A DNA stretch of 64,000 bases from the human T2T-CHM13v2.0 reference genome, Homo sapiens. The stretch's first letter is position 1, and every line of letters begins with the position of its first letter. Of the stretch, positions 1 through 19,695 are shown piece by piece. Both the position numbers and the translations under genes were made by a program. The notes under the pieces are model-generated. The model made no database searches, was not told the origin of the DNA, and saw nothing but the letters and a program-made list of their open reading frames with translations. The stretch is from assembly GCF_009914755.1 (NCBI RefSeq), contig NC_060947.1. One strand, given 5' to 3'.

Positions 1-2209
1 TGTAGAACTCAGATCTAAACACTGTTATTTGCCAAAAGAAAAAGAAAGGCATATGTAAAGGTCAAATTAAGACAAGATGATCAGAGAAGTACCTTAAACA
101 AAGGTAAGGTTTGTTATGTGAACTTTAAGTCCAATATCTTTACTATTGTAAAAGTTTCTAGTGGTTTAGGTGCAAAGAGGGAAATACCCTTACAAATGGA
201 GATTTCCCATACAGATGTAAATTTCTTTTACAAAGAGTTTCAAAGTAGCTACCTAATTGTCTGGAAGTTGTCTTTTGGAGACCATTTAATTTGATAGGCA
301 GTCTTTTCAACTTTTCTTGTTTCTTAGCTAGACTTCAACTTGAAGCTCATTAATGAGTAGGCCAAAGAAAAACTGGTAGAAACTTACTGGAGCTTCCCCC
401 AGAGGACCTTTGGTCCTGGTGGTTAACATAAAGATTATCAGAAGGTGGGCAGCCTCTTTTAGGGGCTTTCCTCAAAATCTCTGGGGACAATGCCTCTTTC
501 AGTGTCCTAGTTGTTTCTAGGAATGGCAACAATTTTTTGGAAACTGGTGTTTTAGGGGTCATTAATTGGAAAAGTGCCCTGGGGCAGGCCTAAAAGTTAT
601 TCTAGGTTGTTGGTTGCCATGAACTGAAACACTTTGGGAATGGCTTTCAAATGGTTATTTAAGATCTTTTGGATTTTGCCTGGGCCATAAATAGACCAAG
701 TAGGGCTTGTCAGGTCCTTGCTATCATTCTCAAGAGAATAATATTCTGCCTCTTTTATCCACTTTTGGGCTTTCTCAGGTCCCACTAACATGTGTATTAG
801 TTGGTATAGAGCAAGTATCATGGGTCATAAGTTATAATTAAGACCCTGAATCCTTTAGATAACTTTTGAAAGTCTTCCTTAATTTTAGGGTATTTTTAAA
901 TTATGGCCCTGAGCTCCATTTTTGTCTGGGGACTGTAAGTCACTTGGGGATTGTCTCCAATTTTGGGGTAATTCTAGTCTTATAAGAAAAATGTTTGTTT
1001 TTTTCAGAGAAGAAAGGAAATTCAGACAGAGAGTAGACTGTGAATATTCAGGAGTACACTGTGAATATTCAAGCAAAGTAGGATAAAGGGGAGTGGTAGG
1101 AGTCATGTCAGTTCTATCATCCTTCGTATGGTAAATACCTTGCATTTTTAGCTTTTTATTAGGTTTTTGCAATGAGTCTTTTTTAAAAAACTATGTTAAA
1201 ATTCTATTGTCTCTTTGAAGCTTCTGAATGCCAACAAGAATCCTGTTCTTTCTGTGTAATTTGGGAGGCTTGGGATTCAAGTGCTCTTCTTACAGACTTG
1301 TTCATCTGGAATGTTCCACATAATGGCCATGGTAATTCTTAATTATCTTTTGGAAGATTTTGCCAGTTTCATAAATATTTGTAGCTTCCAAGGCCAGAAA
1401 TCTTATACACAAAAACAGGGGCAAGTCTAATGGAAGATGGAGTACTCAGATCTTTCAAAATTAGAAATCTCATTTTTATTTTGATCTCGGGTCTCTCAGA
1501 CCCCAAATGACTTTAGATCTAAGATCTTCTTTACCAACTTCACCAATGATTTTCCAGTTTCTGTCTGAGCAGTCAGATATCTGAGGCCTCCCTTAAGTAA
1601 GCCTGCAAGAAAAAAGATCCCACATATCTGCAAATTCCAAAAGCCAGACTTTATGTCCCATACAGTAATAACCACTTACTGCAACTGCTGTCAGTTACCT
1701 TTAAAACTGCAGTCCTTTACTCTATCTGCAAATGGAGTGCAATCCAAATTTCTGTTTGGCCATATGCCAGCCGAAATTTGGGTGCAACCTACATTTCTGT
1801 CCAGCCATATTCTTACGAGCTTAACTCAAACCTTTTATGGAACCATACAGAAGACATCTCCAAAGAGACAGCAAAATATGCAGCCATTGCCAGTGACTTG
1901 TCAGCCACCACAAATCCAAAAGTCATGTGCCCTGCCACAGCACAAACTAATCCTAGGTATCACAAAATCAAATACTCTCTCACAGCACAAACTAGACTTA
2001 GTACACTCAAAGCTGAGTATATCAAAGAGCTCAAATGCAAAAGAGAGCAGAGCTCAGATCTGAGAGAAACTTACTCAAAACTCTTGGGGATCCAAGAGGA
2101 AGACAGAGTATGCCCTCCAGAAAATGGGTTTAGCAGTGCCTTTTCCTGTGTTCCTCAAGGGGTCTCAGGTCTTCAGCAGTCTCTTTCACATCCCTTCAGG
2201 GCCTCCGGA
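1..2209 (-). mobile_element. ERV1-class internal region (MER31-int-like): leader and decayed gag
   Basis: Lies directly 3' (on - strand) of the LTR at 2210-2737. Minus-strand ORF pieces look gag-like (PLYPTLL at 885-1172; LYQLIHMLVGPEKAQKWIKEAE at 597-821). Many stops and frameshifts. Confidence 0.6.
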
Positions 2210-2737
2210 TGGGTCAAAAGAAAAAATTACAACAAATTTCATTTAAAGATCTCAATTGGCTTTATTTATGATCTTAGAATTGGGTGACATTAATTCATAA
2301 AATAGAGTAAGTGTTCAAATAAGATGAAGAGAAGAAGTTTATAGATGGAGAAGGGCTGAAGAAAACAGAAGGAAAGAACAAGAGTAATAGTTATTTCAAA
2401 GATGCATTTCTTATAAGATGAGGACAGGGAGACAGAAGAGTAGAAAAATAACTGATTAGTTAACATTGATTACTTCAAGCTACCCTGTTTTTGGTAAGGA
2501 TAAAAGGAGAGGGAACTTCATCATGATGCCAATTGAAGATTTAAACTGGCTTGTGTGTGAAACTGGCAGTTACCTCTTTCTCCTGATTTCTGGGAAAGTC
2601 AGATAACAACTTAGTTCGTGTTTGGTAATGTGGAACTTTAGCGTGGGTGACTCCATTTTGTTTTTAGTCTGGTCCGTTGGGGCATAGTGCAGAAGCTTAG
2701 TCCAAAACAATGGACTCCTATAATTTTTATCTGACAG
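2210..2737 (-). mobile_element. MER31-type ERV1 LTR (5' LTR of the element at 1-2209)
   Basis: Reverse complement starts TGTCAGATAAAAATTATAGGAGTCCATTGTTTTGGACTAAGCTTCTGCACTATGCCCCAACGGACCAGAC, matching the recalled MER31 start. About 520 bp. Confidence 0.7.
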
Positions 2738-2789
2738 TACCAATGAAGGGCTACACATGGTTTTGTATTATCTGTAAAAGTTGTTGCGA

Positions 2790-3010
2790 GTATCCAGGGC
2801 TAACTTATTATGCCTTTACTACATGCCAGACCCTGTGCTTGGCCCTTGCCTATACAAGATTTAATTTGATACTAGCCACAACATTAGAGAGTAGCATTTT
2901 TTGCCCTTAATTATGAATATGGATAGTGAAACTCTGAGAAATTAGATAGCTTGCCAGACTTCACAGTAAATCTAATATAAAACTGTCTGACTCTGATACC
3001 ATCCTTTGTT
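2790..3010 (-). mobile_element. MIR SINE fragment
   Basis: MIR core-like motifs: tactacatgccagaccctgtgct ... gaaactctgagaaattagatagcttgccagacttcacag. Confidence 0.55.
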
Positions 3011-6000
3011 TTTTTAACAAAACTATTGCTCCTTGGGCAACCTCTTATCTACCTATTTATCCTAATGTATGACTATTATTAATGAAAGAGAAAAGGCAGT
3101 AAGACAGAAATACTGACAGCCAGTTAGTAAGCTAGAGCTTTGTCCTGCTTAGAGCAGGAGCAAATGAGTCACTTATAAGCAGATGGGGCAGCCCCTTCAC
3201 TACTCTTCCTGTGTCCTCCCATTCTGAGGCTCAATGTACCTCACAACCTGTCTGTCTGTTTTTCTTCTTTTGCAGTCTTAACACCCTACCTGCTCTGCAA
3301 TCCCTAGGCTTTTCTCCTTTGTCTCCAGGTCACCCCACCCTCATTTACTTTACTTTCCTTTGAGTCCTACACACTACTACTACCACCTGCCCTCTTCACC
3401 ATCCCTTGAATCCCTACCCCTACTTCTTTTAGTCCTGCTTTCTCTGTTCCTTTTTCTCCTGCTCATCTTTCAAGGCCCCATTAGGGCCCCATCATCGACT
3501 CTGCCCTTACAATGGCTCAGTGGTTTTGAGATGAAGTAAAACGTCACTAATTTGTTCTAATTGGGGGGAAAGGTCAGTCTGCCTTAAATGAAAAGTATGA
3601 GTGATAGGATATTTGGAGAGGAAAATGCAATCTCATTACTTTCAAGTACATAAAGTAATCCCAATGACTGAGACAAGAGGATAAAAGGCAAAGCTATACA
3701 TCTCAGAGATCTGTAAGTGGTTTGACAAATAGACATGGCTCATTTATAATTAGGACATTCAGTTTGGGGATACAAATGCTGCTGCTGAGGTTTTCACACT
3801 GAAGTAGGCTAATATTTCTCTTGTGTACACAATAAGCTTGTGAAGAGAACTTTTTCATCATAGATATAGGTACAATCTCATTAGAAGGGTCCAGTATTTC
3901 AAACCCACTTTCTTATGTCACGTGGCCTAGAGGAAGAGTGCTTTGTTCAATCAATTTCCAGAAGGAGTAACGGTGAACAACACCAACAACAAATACTCAT
4001 TTCTCTAATTTCTTTCTATGCAAGAGTTACTATTAATGAAAAAAATACCCTGTTGGGGTTACATTAGTTATGGGTGGGGATGCAGAGGTGTAGGGGAAAG
4101 AACTGAATGAACACAAGCTGGGCAGCATGTAGTCAAATGACCTTAGTTTGGAATCCATTAATTTGGAATTGGTGAAAATCAAGGAACCAGCCTACTTTAT
4201 TTTTATACTCTAAGAAGCCAATTTGCCAAGCTAATTACAATGGTAAACAAATTTTTCCTGCAAAGATTTATAAAATTCTTTAAAATTTCCATGCATTGTT
4301 CAATACTTTAAAAGTACTCCCTTCATTTATTTATAATTGTTAAGCTAATTAGCTAAACTTCCTACCAGTATTTGAAAGCAGATCCCTGGAGGAAGTCCTA
4401 TTAGGAAGCCCTTGGTTAGCCTGTTTCACCTTATTATGTATGAAAATTTTGAAAAAATACTTATTTTATTTTCAAATAGCTTATCATTAACATTTCCCAC
4501 CAAATCAAACTAGTCTTCCCTCATTTTATCTTTCTTACAGCTCAGCAATATTTTTCCCTGGACAACTAAACAGCAATGGAAAGAGATAGCTGCTGTGTTC
4601 TACCAAGGTCTCTCTGAATCATTAGGAGGGCAGGATTGCTGAATTATCATGCATCCTGGCCCCCCAATCCCTGACAATGTGGAGACATGTGAGTAGTTGG
4701 TAAAAAGAAACACTGCATTATATTTTGGCTTGCATCTTAGAGGGCTTTTCAGGCACTCAGAATACAGATGTGCCTTATTATGAAACTATATGAATTTCTG
4801 GGGATTTTCTTCAGCTACAGGAAGAGTCAATTGATGTGAAACTACATTTCCTAAAAGCCACAAATTAGAGACTACTTCTTACAATTATTAGATTCTTCAG
4901 CTTTACCCCAAATGATTCATAGAAAGATTCCTTGACATTGTTCAGCAGGCCAAAGCTGGGGAGATAAGGGAACAGCTTTTATTTACAAACCATTAGAAGT
5001 ACATTTAAAGGGAACTTTATTGGAAAGTCACTTGAAATGCTGAACAGGGTCATGAAGCTATTTCCAACAACTATTCTGAATTTTTATGCTTTTCAGCTCA
5101 TACAAACACCATGCATGGGAAAGAACACAAGGATTCATTAGCAGAGTCTACTGAATGGGGTGAAGCTACTGGATTCAATAATAGTGATGCATACCTGGCA
5201 ACTTTCAAGGCAAAGTCAGATGAAAGCCGTTGCCTTCAAATTTCAAAGGGAAATGTCCTATGGACTGTTGGAGGTGAGAATATGATTTCTATTTTACACT
5301 TTAGGAAGATGACCATGTCCAGGTGCCCCCCTTTATTCCCCCAAATGCCAAATTAACATGATATTTTAATGGTGGCATAATCAAATTGTATGTGATGCAG
5401 ACACAGACTAATATTTTTCAGAAAAATATTTGTTCTTTTGTTTTCTGCTTTAAAATGAAGCTAAGCTGCATTCTAAGTGTGTTTTTGTTCATATTGAGGC
5501 TCTTATCTTTTCTGTGGGTATATTCACTTTAGACTCTAAAATGTAAATCAACAGGAAAATGGGATTTTGTTTACAAATTTATGCTTACAAGAAAGCATGG
5601 ATAAATCTGTCAAATGACCAAAGGAATTTATAAAAGAGTACAACAAAGGTAGTTAAGTATACAAATTGAAGAATTACTGACCAATGAAATTATTTGGCAT
5701 CCCCTTTTACTATACATTTTCTTAAATGAGCTATATCTAATTTCTGGAGGTAGTCCTATGCTTGGGCTTTAGGATTAGAATCAGAGACATTCTGAGTAGA
5801 AAGGGAACTTAGAGTTTACCTAGTCCAGTAATTTTTTCCAAACTTATTTTCTTTAAATTTCTTCAATCAAAATCTTGTTTGAAAACTCAATACAGAGACC
5901 TGGTAATAGGGGTGAGTTTCTAATTAAAGTCGGGGTTGAGGGGCTTGAAGCCTACCTAATCCACTCCCTTATCACTACTTCCCTACATTTTCTGACTGAA

Positions 6001-6111
6001 GTCTACAGAAACTAAGTGACTTGGCCAAGTTTGCCCAGTGAATGATAGTGGATCTCCTATTTTTTCTTTAATTTTCTTTATTTCCATTTTCTATTCTCTT
6101 TCACCTCCAAT

Positions 6112-6162
6112 AACACACACACACACACACACAAACACATATACACACATGCATGCACACAC
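6112..6162 (+). repeat. (CA)n microsatellite
   Basis: Direct reading. Confidence 0.9.
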
Positions 6163-6619
6163 CATTCTAGGTAGTCAGAAGAAACTTCTGCCTCTCATAA
6201 GCCACTAATATCTCATTGAGAACATTTGCATTTTCAAAGAGAAAAGTCAGAAGGAGGCAATGTTGAAGCTAATGAAATGAGTCACTAAAGATAGCATGAC
6301 AGAATTACGGCAAATTTTGCTGTGTGTGGGCTTTCTCAAATCATACTTTGTAAGCATCCTCATCTTTGTCCAATATTTAAGGATAGCTCTGCTGACTTAT
6401 TTAAAAATAATGGCCTTGGAAAAAACCTCAGTAGCAATTTGCATTTAGACCATCATGGTCTTGAGAGTTGAACAAGCAGAATGAGGGTGAAAGGTGTTCC
6501 TATGCTTATCTAGCAAGCTTCCACTTTACTGCACTTCTTTCTGAATAGGTGCAGTGTTCCAGAATATATTGCTTTGTTTCCTCTATGGCTAGGAGATAGG
6601 CCTAGGAGACAGGCCTAGT

Positions 6620-7085
6620 GAGTAAGTGTGGTGTGAGAAAGAGACAGAGACACCCATGGAAAGAGATAAACACACAAAGACACAAACACAGACATAAATA
6701 GATGCACACTCATATATAGAGACACACAGTGAGAGGCACATAAACATACAGAGAGGGAGATAAACATATTCATACACAGAGAAAGAAGAGAGAAAGAGAT
6801 ACAATGAGTGACAATGATGGAATGTGAAAAAAAGAGAAATCAAGAAACAGTGACACACACACATATACATATATACACATCCAGAGGGGGAAATTGAGAG
6901 AAAGTATGATTGAAACTGAGAGACTGAGAGAGATATATACAAATAAATAGAGTGGGAGGCAGATATACACAGAGAGACAGAAAGATAGAGAGAAAAACTT
7001 AGAGTGAAAGAGAGACTGAGAGTGATGGGGAAAAGCTAAGACAAACAGTGGGGAACAATCATGGTGATAGAGAAAGAGAAAAATC
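6620..7085 (+). repeat. GA/CA-rich low-complexity tract
   Basis: Degenerate gaga/caca/tata runs. These account for the spurious ORFs at 6589-7186. Confidence 0.8.
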
Positions 7086-7132
7086 ATTCCCGTTCTATTT
7101 TCTTCCCCACTGAAAACTTTTGGTGTCAGGTT

Positions 7133-7185
7133 TGTGTGTGTGTGTGTGTGTTCCAGCTTATATGGAACACACACACACACACACA
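7133..7185. repeat. Perfect inverted repeat (TG)9TTCCA-gcttata-TGGAA(CA)9
   Basis: The 23-bp arms at 7133-7155 and 7163-7185 are exact reverse complements, with a 7-nt loop. Confidence 0.95.
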
Positions 7186-7224
7186 TGCAATCTGACCGTA
7201 GAAAATATTATATTGTTTTTCCCA

Positions 7225-13638
<6,414 letters not shown>

Positions 13639-14081
13639 AGAAAATATTGTTTTTCCCATTTAATTTACCAAATTTAATTGTGTGGGATCACATAATGAAA
13701 GAACCAATTTTCTAGACCTCCAATGTCAACTATTGATATCCTTCAGCAAGCCTCCAGTGTTATGTGCATTCTATGTTTATGCTCCCTGTAAGGCAGACAC
13801 AAGGGCTAGGTGTACCACATTTTCCGTGTGTCAGCATGCCTGGCACTTATTGCAGTCTTAGGATCTCTATGCTCTTAGGGAATAGTGGTGCCTACTGCAG
13901 CAGGAAATTACCCATCTTACCTATTCTCCAGGTACCTTCCTATTGCTGTCTAACACTGGACACTTAATAGTTTCCATGAAGAATTCTAAAAAGGGAGACT
14001 CAGAGAGTCTCATAAGTCTGTGCATTGTCAGTGGTTCTGACCACCAATCAAACCTGTCTGGAGACACTTTCCCCCCTCACA

Positions 14082-14195
14082 CTCTCTCTCAATCTCCCTC
14101 TCTCTCTCTCTCTCTTTCTTTCTGTCTCTCTCTCTCTCTTTCTTTCTCTCTCTCTCTCTCACACACACACAGACACAGACACACACACACACACA
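14082..14195 (+). repeat. Compound (TC)n-(CA)n microsatellite
   Basis: Direct reading. Confidence 0.9.
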
Positions 14196-14204
14196 AAGAT
14201 TGAT

Positions 14205-15030
14205 TCAGGAAAAATGAATCTTATGCCTACCAAAAGATGTGTATAAGAATGCTCACAGCAGCTTTATTTATAATATCCCCAAACTAGAAACAGCCCAAAT
14301 ATCTACAAGTAGACCAAGTAAACAATTGATGATTAATTATATAGCCATACAGCAGAATACTGCACAGAAATAATAAATGTATTTGTGATACACACAAAAA
14401 CATGACTGAATCTTACAGACATGAATGAGTGAAAGAAGCCAGACACAAATGAATGGAGACTGTATTATTCCATTTACATAAAGTTCAAGCACAGTCAAAT
14501 CTAATCATTGGTGATAGAAGTCAATGACAGTTACCTCTACAAGGAGGGTATTAATGGAGAAGGGGCTTAAGGGAGCCTTCTCTGGTGCTGGTCATGTTTC
14601 ATACTTTGATCTAGGTCAGGGGTGAGCAAACTACAAACTGGGGGCCAAATTTGGCCACTACCTACTTTTGTATGGTCAGGGAGTTAAGATGGTTTTTACA
14701 TTTTAAATGATTGGAAAAAGAAAAAAAATAGAATCCTATTTCAAACATTTAAAAATTATATAAAATTCAAATTTCAGGGTTCCTGAATAAATATTTACTA
14801 GCACATAGCCACACCTATTTGTTTATATATTGTCTATGACTGCTATTGTGCTACAATGGCAAAGTTGAATAGTTGTGACAGAGACCATATGGCCTTCAAA
14901 GCATAAAATATTTACTCTCTGGACTTTGCACAAAACATTTCTTGACCCCTGATCTAGGTAGTTGTTACATGGGTAACTCACTGAGCTGTACATTATTAGT
15001 ACACTTTATGCACTTTAGTGCAAATATTTT
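14205..15030 (+). mobile_element. Old L1M (L1MC/ME-type) 3' end, interrupted by MER58
   Basis: agcagctttatttataatatccccaaactagaaacagcccaaat ... gagtgaaagaagccagacac ... attccatttacataaagttcaa. Confidence 0.7.
14617..14951 (+). mobile_element. MER58 (MER58B-size) hAT-Charlie MITE
   Basis: TIRs CAGGGGTGAGCAAA ... TTGACCCCTG. Perfect 8-bp TSD atctaggt at 14609-14616 and 14952-14959. Confidence 0.9.
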
Positions 15031-16348
15031 CAAGGTATAAAGAAATGAAGATTAACAAGAATACTTGCTCAAATACTTGATGTATATTAGGTTCAGAAAA
15101 GTAATGCTTAACTCAGTCCTTTCTTTCCTCGTTTTTTAAGATAAATGAGAATCACTCACTTACACAACATCTTTATGACCAGGATAATAAGTGAAGCAAT
15201 ATTTGAAGTAGCTGTAATATAAATTATTCAATCAGTAAAAGCTTTTTCATACCATGAAATTCTGAATGACATCCTGCAAGTAGAAAAAAAAACCATAAGT
15301 AATATGCAATTTCCTATTCTTTTTCTAAAAAGAACAAAACTCTAAAATTAAAAACTCTTTTGGCACCAAAGGAATGTCTGACTCACATTGGTGGGTCATC
15401 TCTGAATTACATATTGAATCACTCTTAAAGGTCATCGTGACTCTTCTGAGCAGTTATTTGTGTTATTAACGAAAGAACTGCCAAAAAAATTCCACATGCT
15501 ACTCTTTTTCACAGAAAAATATCTGTCTCTAAGAAGAGGCCAGTACAAGCCAAAGTACAAGCCAAATGACAGTGATAAATGCATTATAAACACTTCTTGG
15601 AAGCTTGTAATGATGCAATTTCTTTATATTGTCAAATTTGTTCCTAACTTTAGTTTTACATTTGGCTTTTTCAAATACTTATAAAATGCAATGTATGTCA
15701 AAGAGTATATTTCAGGGTGAAAAAGGAAAGGAGGGCTGGAAAATATATCTCCAAATGGCTTCAGGGTGAGAAATGCATTTGTTTCTGAAAGCCAGAATAC
15801 AAGTTTAAAATTACAGGCTTGCATTCAGACAAGCCACTGATAGCCTTTTCATTAAATCTTGACTAAATTGTATAGTTGTGTTGTTGTTGTAGTTGCTGCT
15901 GTTGTTACACCTACAGTTGTTAACCAAACAATGAGAATGATTAAAATCTTTTCCTCCTGTTAATGAAACTTTATTTTCATTTTCTAATTTGCATTCAGCC
16001 TCAGGTATCCCAATCAAGCAAATTTCACCTGTGTTGAAATACCTGGGAGCTTTTAAATTAGGATTGCAGGACTCCTTCCGTCTATCTCCAATTTCTTTCT
16101 TATGAACTCTGATTACTGATCCCACCTTTTGAAATTTAACTTGATGTCAGCCAGACAAATAAAATAAATTCTTCTTTACATGTGATTATTGAAGGATTAA
16201 ATTAGATAATGTATATAAAGTTCCAGGAGCACAATAGTATTGTATGATTGATATTTATGTCAACTTTGTAAGAAAATTATTTGGCCCCTACATTTGATTT
16301 TGTGGCAGTTAAATCTGAGTAGAGAGTGGAATAACAGTAGATGTGTAG

Positions 16349-16562
16349 CAGTGTTGTCTAATAGTATTTTCTGCAATGATGGAAATGTTCTGTATCTGTG
16401 CTGTTCAATTTGGTAGTCATTAGTCACATGTAAGTATTGAGCACTTGAAATGTGGCTAGTGTGACTGAGAAATTTAATTTTTAATTTAACTAAAATTTAT
16501 TAATCTAAATTCAAATATCTATAGCCACATGTGACCAGTGGCTACCATGCTGGATGGCACAG
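16349..16562 (+). mobile_element. MER3 hAT MITE
   Basis: tgttgtctaatag...ttctgcaatgatggaaatgttctgtatctgtgctgttcaat...agccacatgtgaccagtggctacc; about 210 bp. Confidence 0.8.
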
Positions 16563-16684
16563 CCTTAAGGGACTAAGTTTTCCTTGCTAAAGTAGTTTCA
16601 AATTAGGCTTTATCTTTCTTTACACCATAGGCCACTTGGGAATCTGGTGAAACCTGTTGGACAATCTCTTTTAAATCATTTTTT

Positions 16685-18010
16685 CCTTTTTTTTAAACAG
16701 CTTCATTGATATTTAATTCATATACCATACAATTTATAATTCAATGGTTTTAGTATATTCACAGACATGTGCAACCATTACCAAAGCCAATTTTAGAATA
16801 TTTTTACCATCTCAGAAAGAAACCCCATATTTAGCTATCATTCTCCTATCCTCCTGCTCCTGCTCCTAGCCTTAAGCAAAGACTAATCTACTTTCTGTCT
16901 CTATAGATTTTCCTATTCCAAATTTTCATATTGTTATAGGTTGAATTGTGTTGCCCTAAAAGATATGATGAAGTCCTAACCCCCAGTACCTCAGAATGTG
17001 ACCTTATTTGGAAATGGAGTTGCTGCAAATGTAATGAGTTCAGATGAGGTCATACTGGAGTAAGATGGGTTCCTAATCCAATATGACTGGTGTCCTTACA
17101 AAAAGAGAAGAGGCACAGAGACAGACACCCAGAGGGAAGATGTGTAGATGCAAGAAGGCCATATGTCCATTGAGGCAGAGATTGAAGTGATGTAAACCAA
17201 AGGGTGTCAAAAATTTCTAGCAAACACCAAAAGCTAGAAGAGGCAATGAAAGATTGATTCTCCCCTACAGATTTCAGAGGGAGTATCACCCTGCTGACAC
17301 CTTGATTACAGGTTTCTAGCTTCCAGAAGTGTAGGACAATACATTTTTGTTGTTTTAAGCCACCCGGTTTGTTGTCGTTTTAGTGCAGGCCAAGGAAGTT
17401 AATAGAAATGTGAGTGTAATCATATAGTATGTGTCTTTTCGTGACTGGCTTCTCTCACTTATTATAATGTTTTCAATGTCCATCCATGTTGCACTGATGA
17501 AAGATATGAAGGTTATTCATTTCCTGAAGGAAAGGTACTTCATTGTTTTCTATGACTGAATAATATTCTATTGTATGGATGTAGTCCATTTTGTATATCC
17601 ATTTGTCCATTAATGAACATTTAAGTTGTTGCCACCTTGCAGCTCCTATGAGTAATGCTGCTGTAAATTACAAGTTTCTAGGTGAACATATGTTTTCATT
17701 TATTATGAGTATATACTATGGAGTGGAAGTGTTGGGTCATTTGGTAAGTCTACATTTAATTGAGGAACCGCCAGACTATTTTCCAAAGGGCTTCACCATT
17801 TTACATATCCATCAGCAGTGTTCTGAGGGTTATATTTTCTCCACATCATTACCAACCCTTGTTGACTAGCCATCCTAGCTGTTGTGAGAAATGGTATGTC
17901 ATTGTGATTTTCATTTGCATTTTCCTAAACACACATTTCTTGAGATTTTTGGCCATTTGTATAAAATTTTTGGAAAACAATCTCTATTCAGAACCTTTGT
18001 TCATTTTTAA
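16685..18010 (-). mobile_element. L1MB-like 3' fragment, interrupted by an MLT1 LTR
   Basis: tttagtatattcacag...accattacc...ttttagaatatttttaccatctcagaaagaaacccc; resumes at ~17410 with L1M ORF2/3'UTR antisense. Confidence 0.7.
16932..17406 (+). mobile_element. MLT1 (MLT1C-like) MaLR solo LTR
   Basis: tgttataggttgaattgtg...gaagtcctaacccccagtacctcagaatgtgaccttatttggaaat...tgttgttttaagccacccggtttg. Confidence 0.85.
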
Positions 18011-18011
18011 A

Positions 18012-18204
18012 AAATTATTTTTAATTTTTCTGGGTCCATGGTGAGAGTCTATACTTATGGGGTACATGAGATATTTTGATACAGGCATGCAATGTGTGGT
18101 AATCATATCATGGAAAATAGGGTATCCATCCTCTCAATCATTTATCCTTTCTGTTATAAACAGTCCAATTATATTCTTACAGTTATTTTTAAATGTACAA
18201 TTAC
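18012..18204 (-). mobile_element. L1MA (MA2/3-like) 3' end, first part; continues at 25546-25665
   Basis: tatggggtacatgagatattttgatacaggcatgcaatgtg...aaatgtacaatta, resuming as ...tgactatagtcactctgttgtgctatcaaat after the inserted L1. Confidence 0.8.
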
Positions 18205-19026
18205 TTTTTTAAATTTTACTTTAAGTTCTGGGATACATGTGCTGAATGTGCATGTTTGTTACATATGTATACATGTACCATTGTGGTTTGCTGCACCTAA
18301 CAACCTGTCAACTAGGTTTTAAGCCCCACATGCATTAGGTATTGGTCCCAATGCTCTCCCTCCCCTTTAACCCCACCCTCCCCCGACAGACCCTGGTGTA
18401 TGATGTTCCCCTCCCTGTGTCCATGTGTTTTCATTTTTCAGCTCCCACTTATGAGGGACAACATGCAGTGTTTGGTCTTCTGTTCCTGTATTAGTTTGCT
18501 GAGGATGATGGTTTCCAGCTTCATCTATGTCCCTGCAAAGGAGATGAACTCATTCTTTTTATGGCTGCATAGTATTCTATGGTGTATATGTGCCACATTT
18601 TCTTTATCCAGTCTATCATTGATGGACATTTGGGTTGGTTCCAAGTCTTTGCTATTGTAAATACTGCTGCAATAAACATATGTGTGCATGTGTCTTTAGA
18701 CAGAAATGGGATTGCTGGATCAAATGGTATTTCTGGTTCTAGATCCTTGAGGAATCACCACACCATATTCCACAATGATTGCACTAATTTACACTCCCAC
18801 CAACAGTGTAAAAGCATTCCTATTTCTCCACATCCTTGTCAGCATCTGTTGTTTCCAGATTTTTTAATAATTGCCATTCTAACTGGCATGAGATGGTATC
18901 TCATTGTAGTTTTGATTTGCATTTCTCTAATGAGCAGTGATGATGAGCTTTTATCATATGTTTGTTGGCTGCATAAGTGCCTTCTTTTGAGAAATGTCTG
19001 TTCATATCATTTGCCCACTTTTTGAT

Positions 19027-19695
19027 TTTTTTTTAATTATTATACTTTAAGTTCTAGGATACATGTGCAGAACGTGCAGGTTTGTTACATAGGTATACAC
19101 GTGCCATGGTGGTTTGCTGCACCCATCAACCCATCATCTACATTAGGCATTTCTCCTAATGCTATTCCTCCCCTGGCCTGCCATCCCCTGACAGGTCCCA
19201 GTGTGTGATGTTCCCCTCCCTGTTTCCAGGTGTTCTCATTGTTCAACTCCCACTTACGAGTGAGAACATTCAGTGTTTGGTTTTCTGTTCATGTGTTAGT
19301 TTGCTGATATTGATGGTTTCCAGCTTCATCCATGTCCCTGCAAAGGACAGGAATTCATCCTTTTTTATGGCTGCATAGTATTCCATGGTGTATATGTGCC
19401 ACATTTTCTTTATCCAGTCAATCATTGATGGACATTTGGGTTGGTACCAAGTCTTTGCTATTGTGAACATTGCTGCAAAAACATACATGTGCATGTTTCT
19501 TTATAGTAGAATGATTTATAATCCTTTGGGTATATACCCAGTAATGGGATTGCTGGGTCAAATGATATTTCTGGTTCTAGATCCTTGAGGAATTGCCACA
19601 CTGTCTTCCACAATGGTTGAACTTATTTACACTTCCACCAACAGTGTAAAAGCATTGCTATTTCTCCACATTCTCTCCAGCTTCTGTTGTTACCT
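19027..19695 (-). mobile_element. 5'-truncated L1PA7-like 3' end nested in the same orientation inside the host L1
   Basis: A second poly(T) and 3'UTR start at 19027. Host ORF2 ...ttgcccactttttgat resumes as ggttgtttatttttacttgtaaatt at 19696. Confidence 0.85.

Noticed and set aside
1031-1072. 21-bp tandem duplication (gagtagactgtgaatattcag) in the MER31 gag remnant
   Set aside because: Ordinary slippage in a dead element.
1653-2287. 136-aa and 169-aa plus-strand ORFs
   Set aside because: Antisense to the MER31 leader/LTR, with no recognisable domain.
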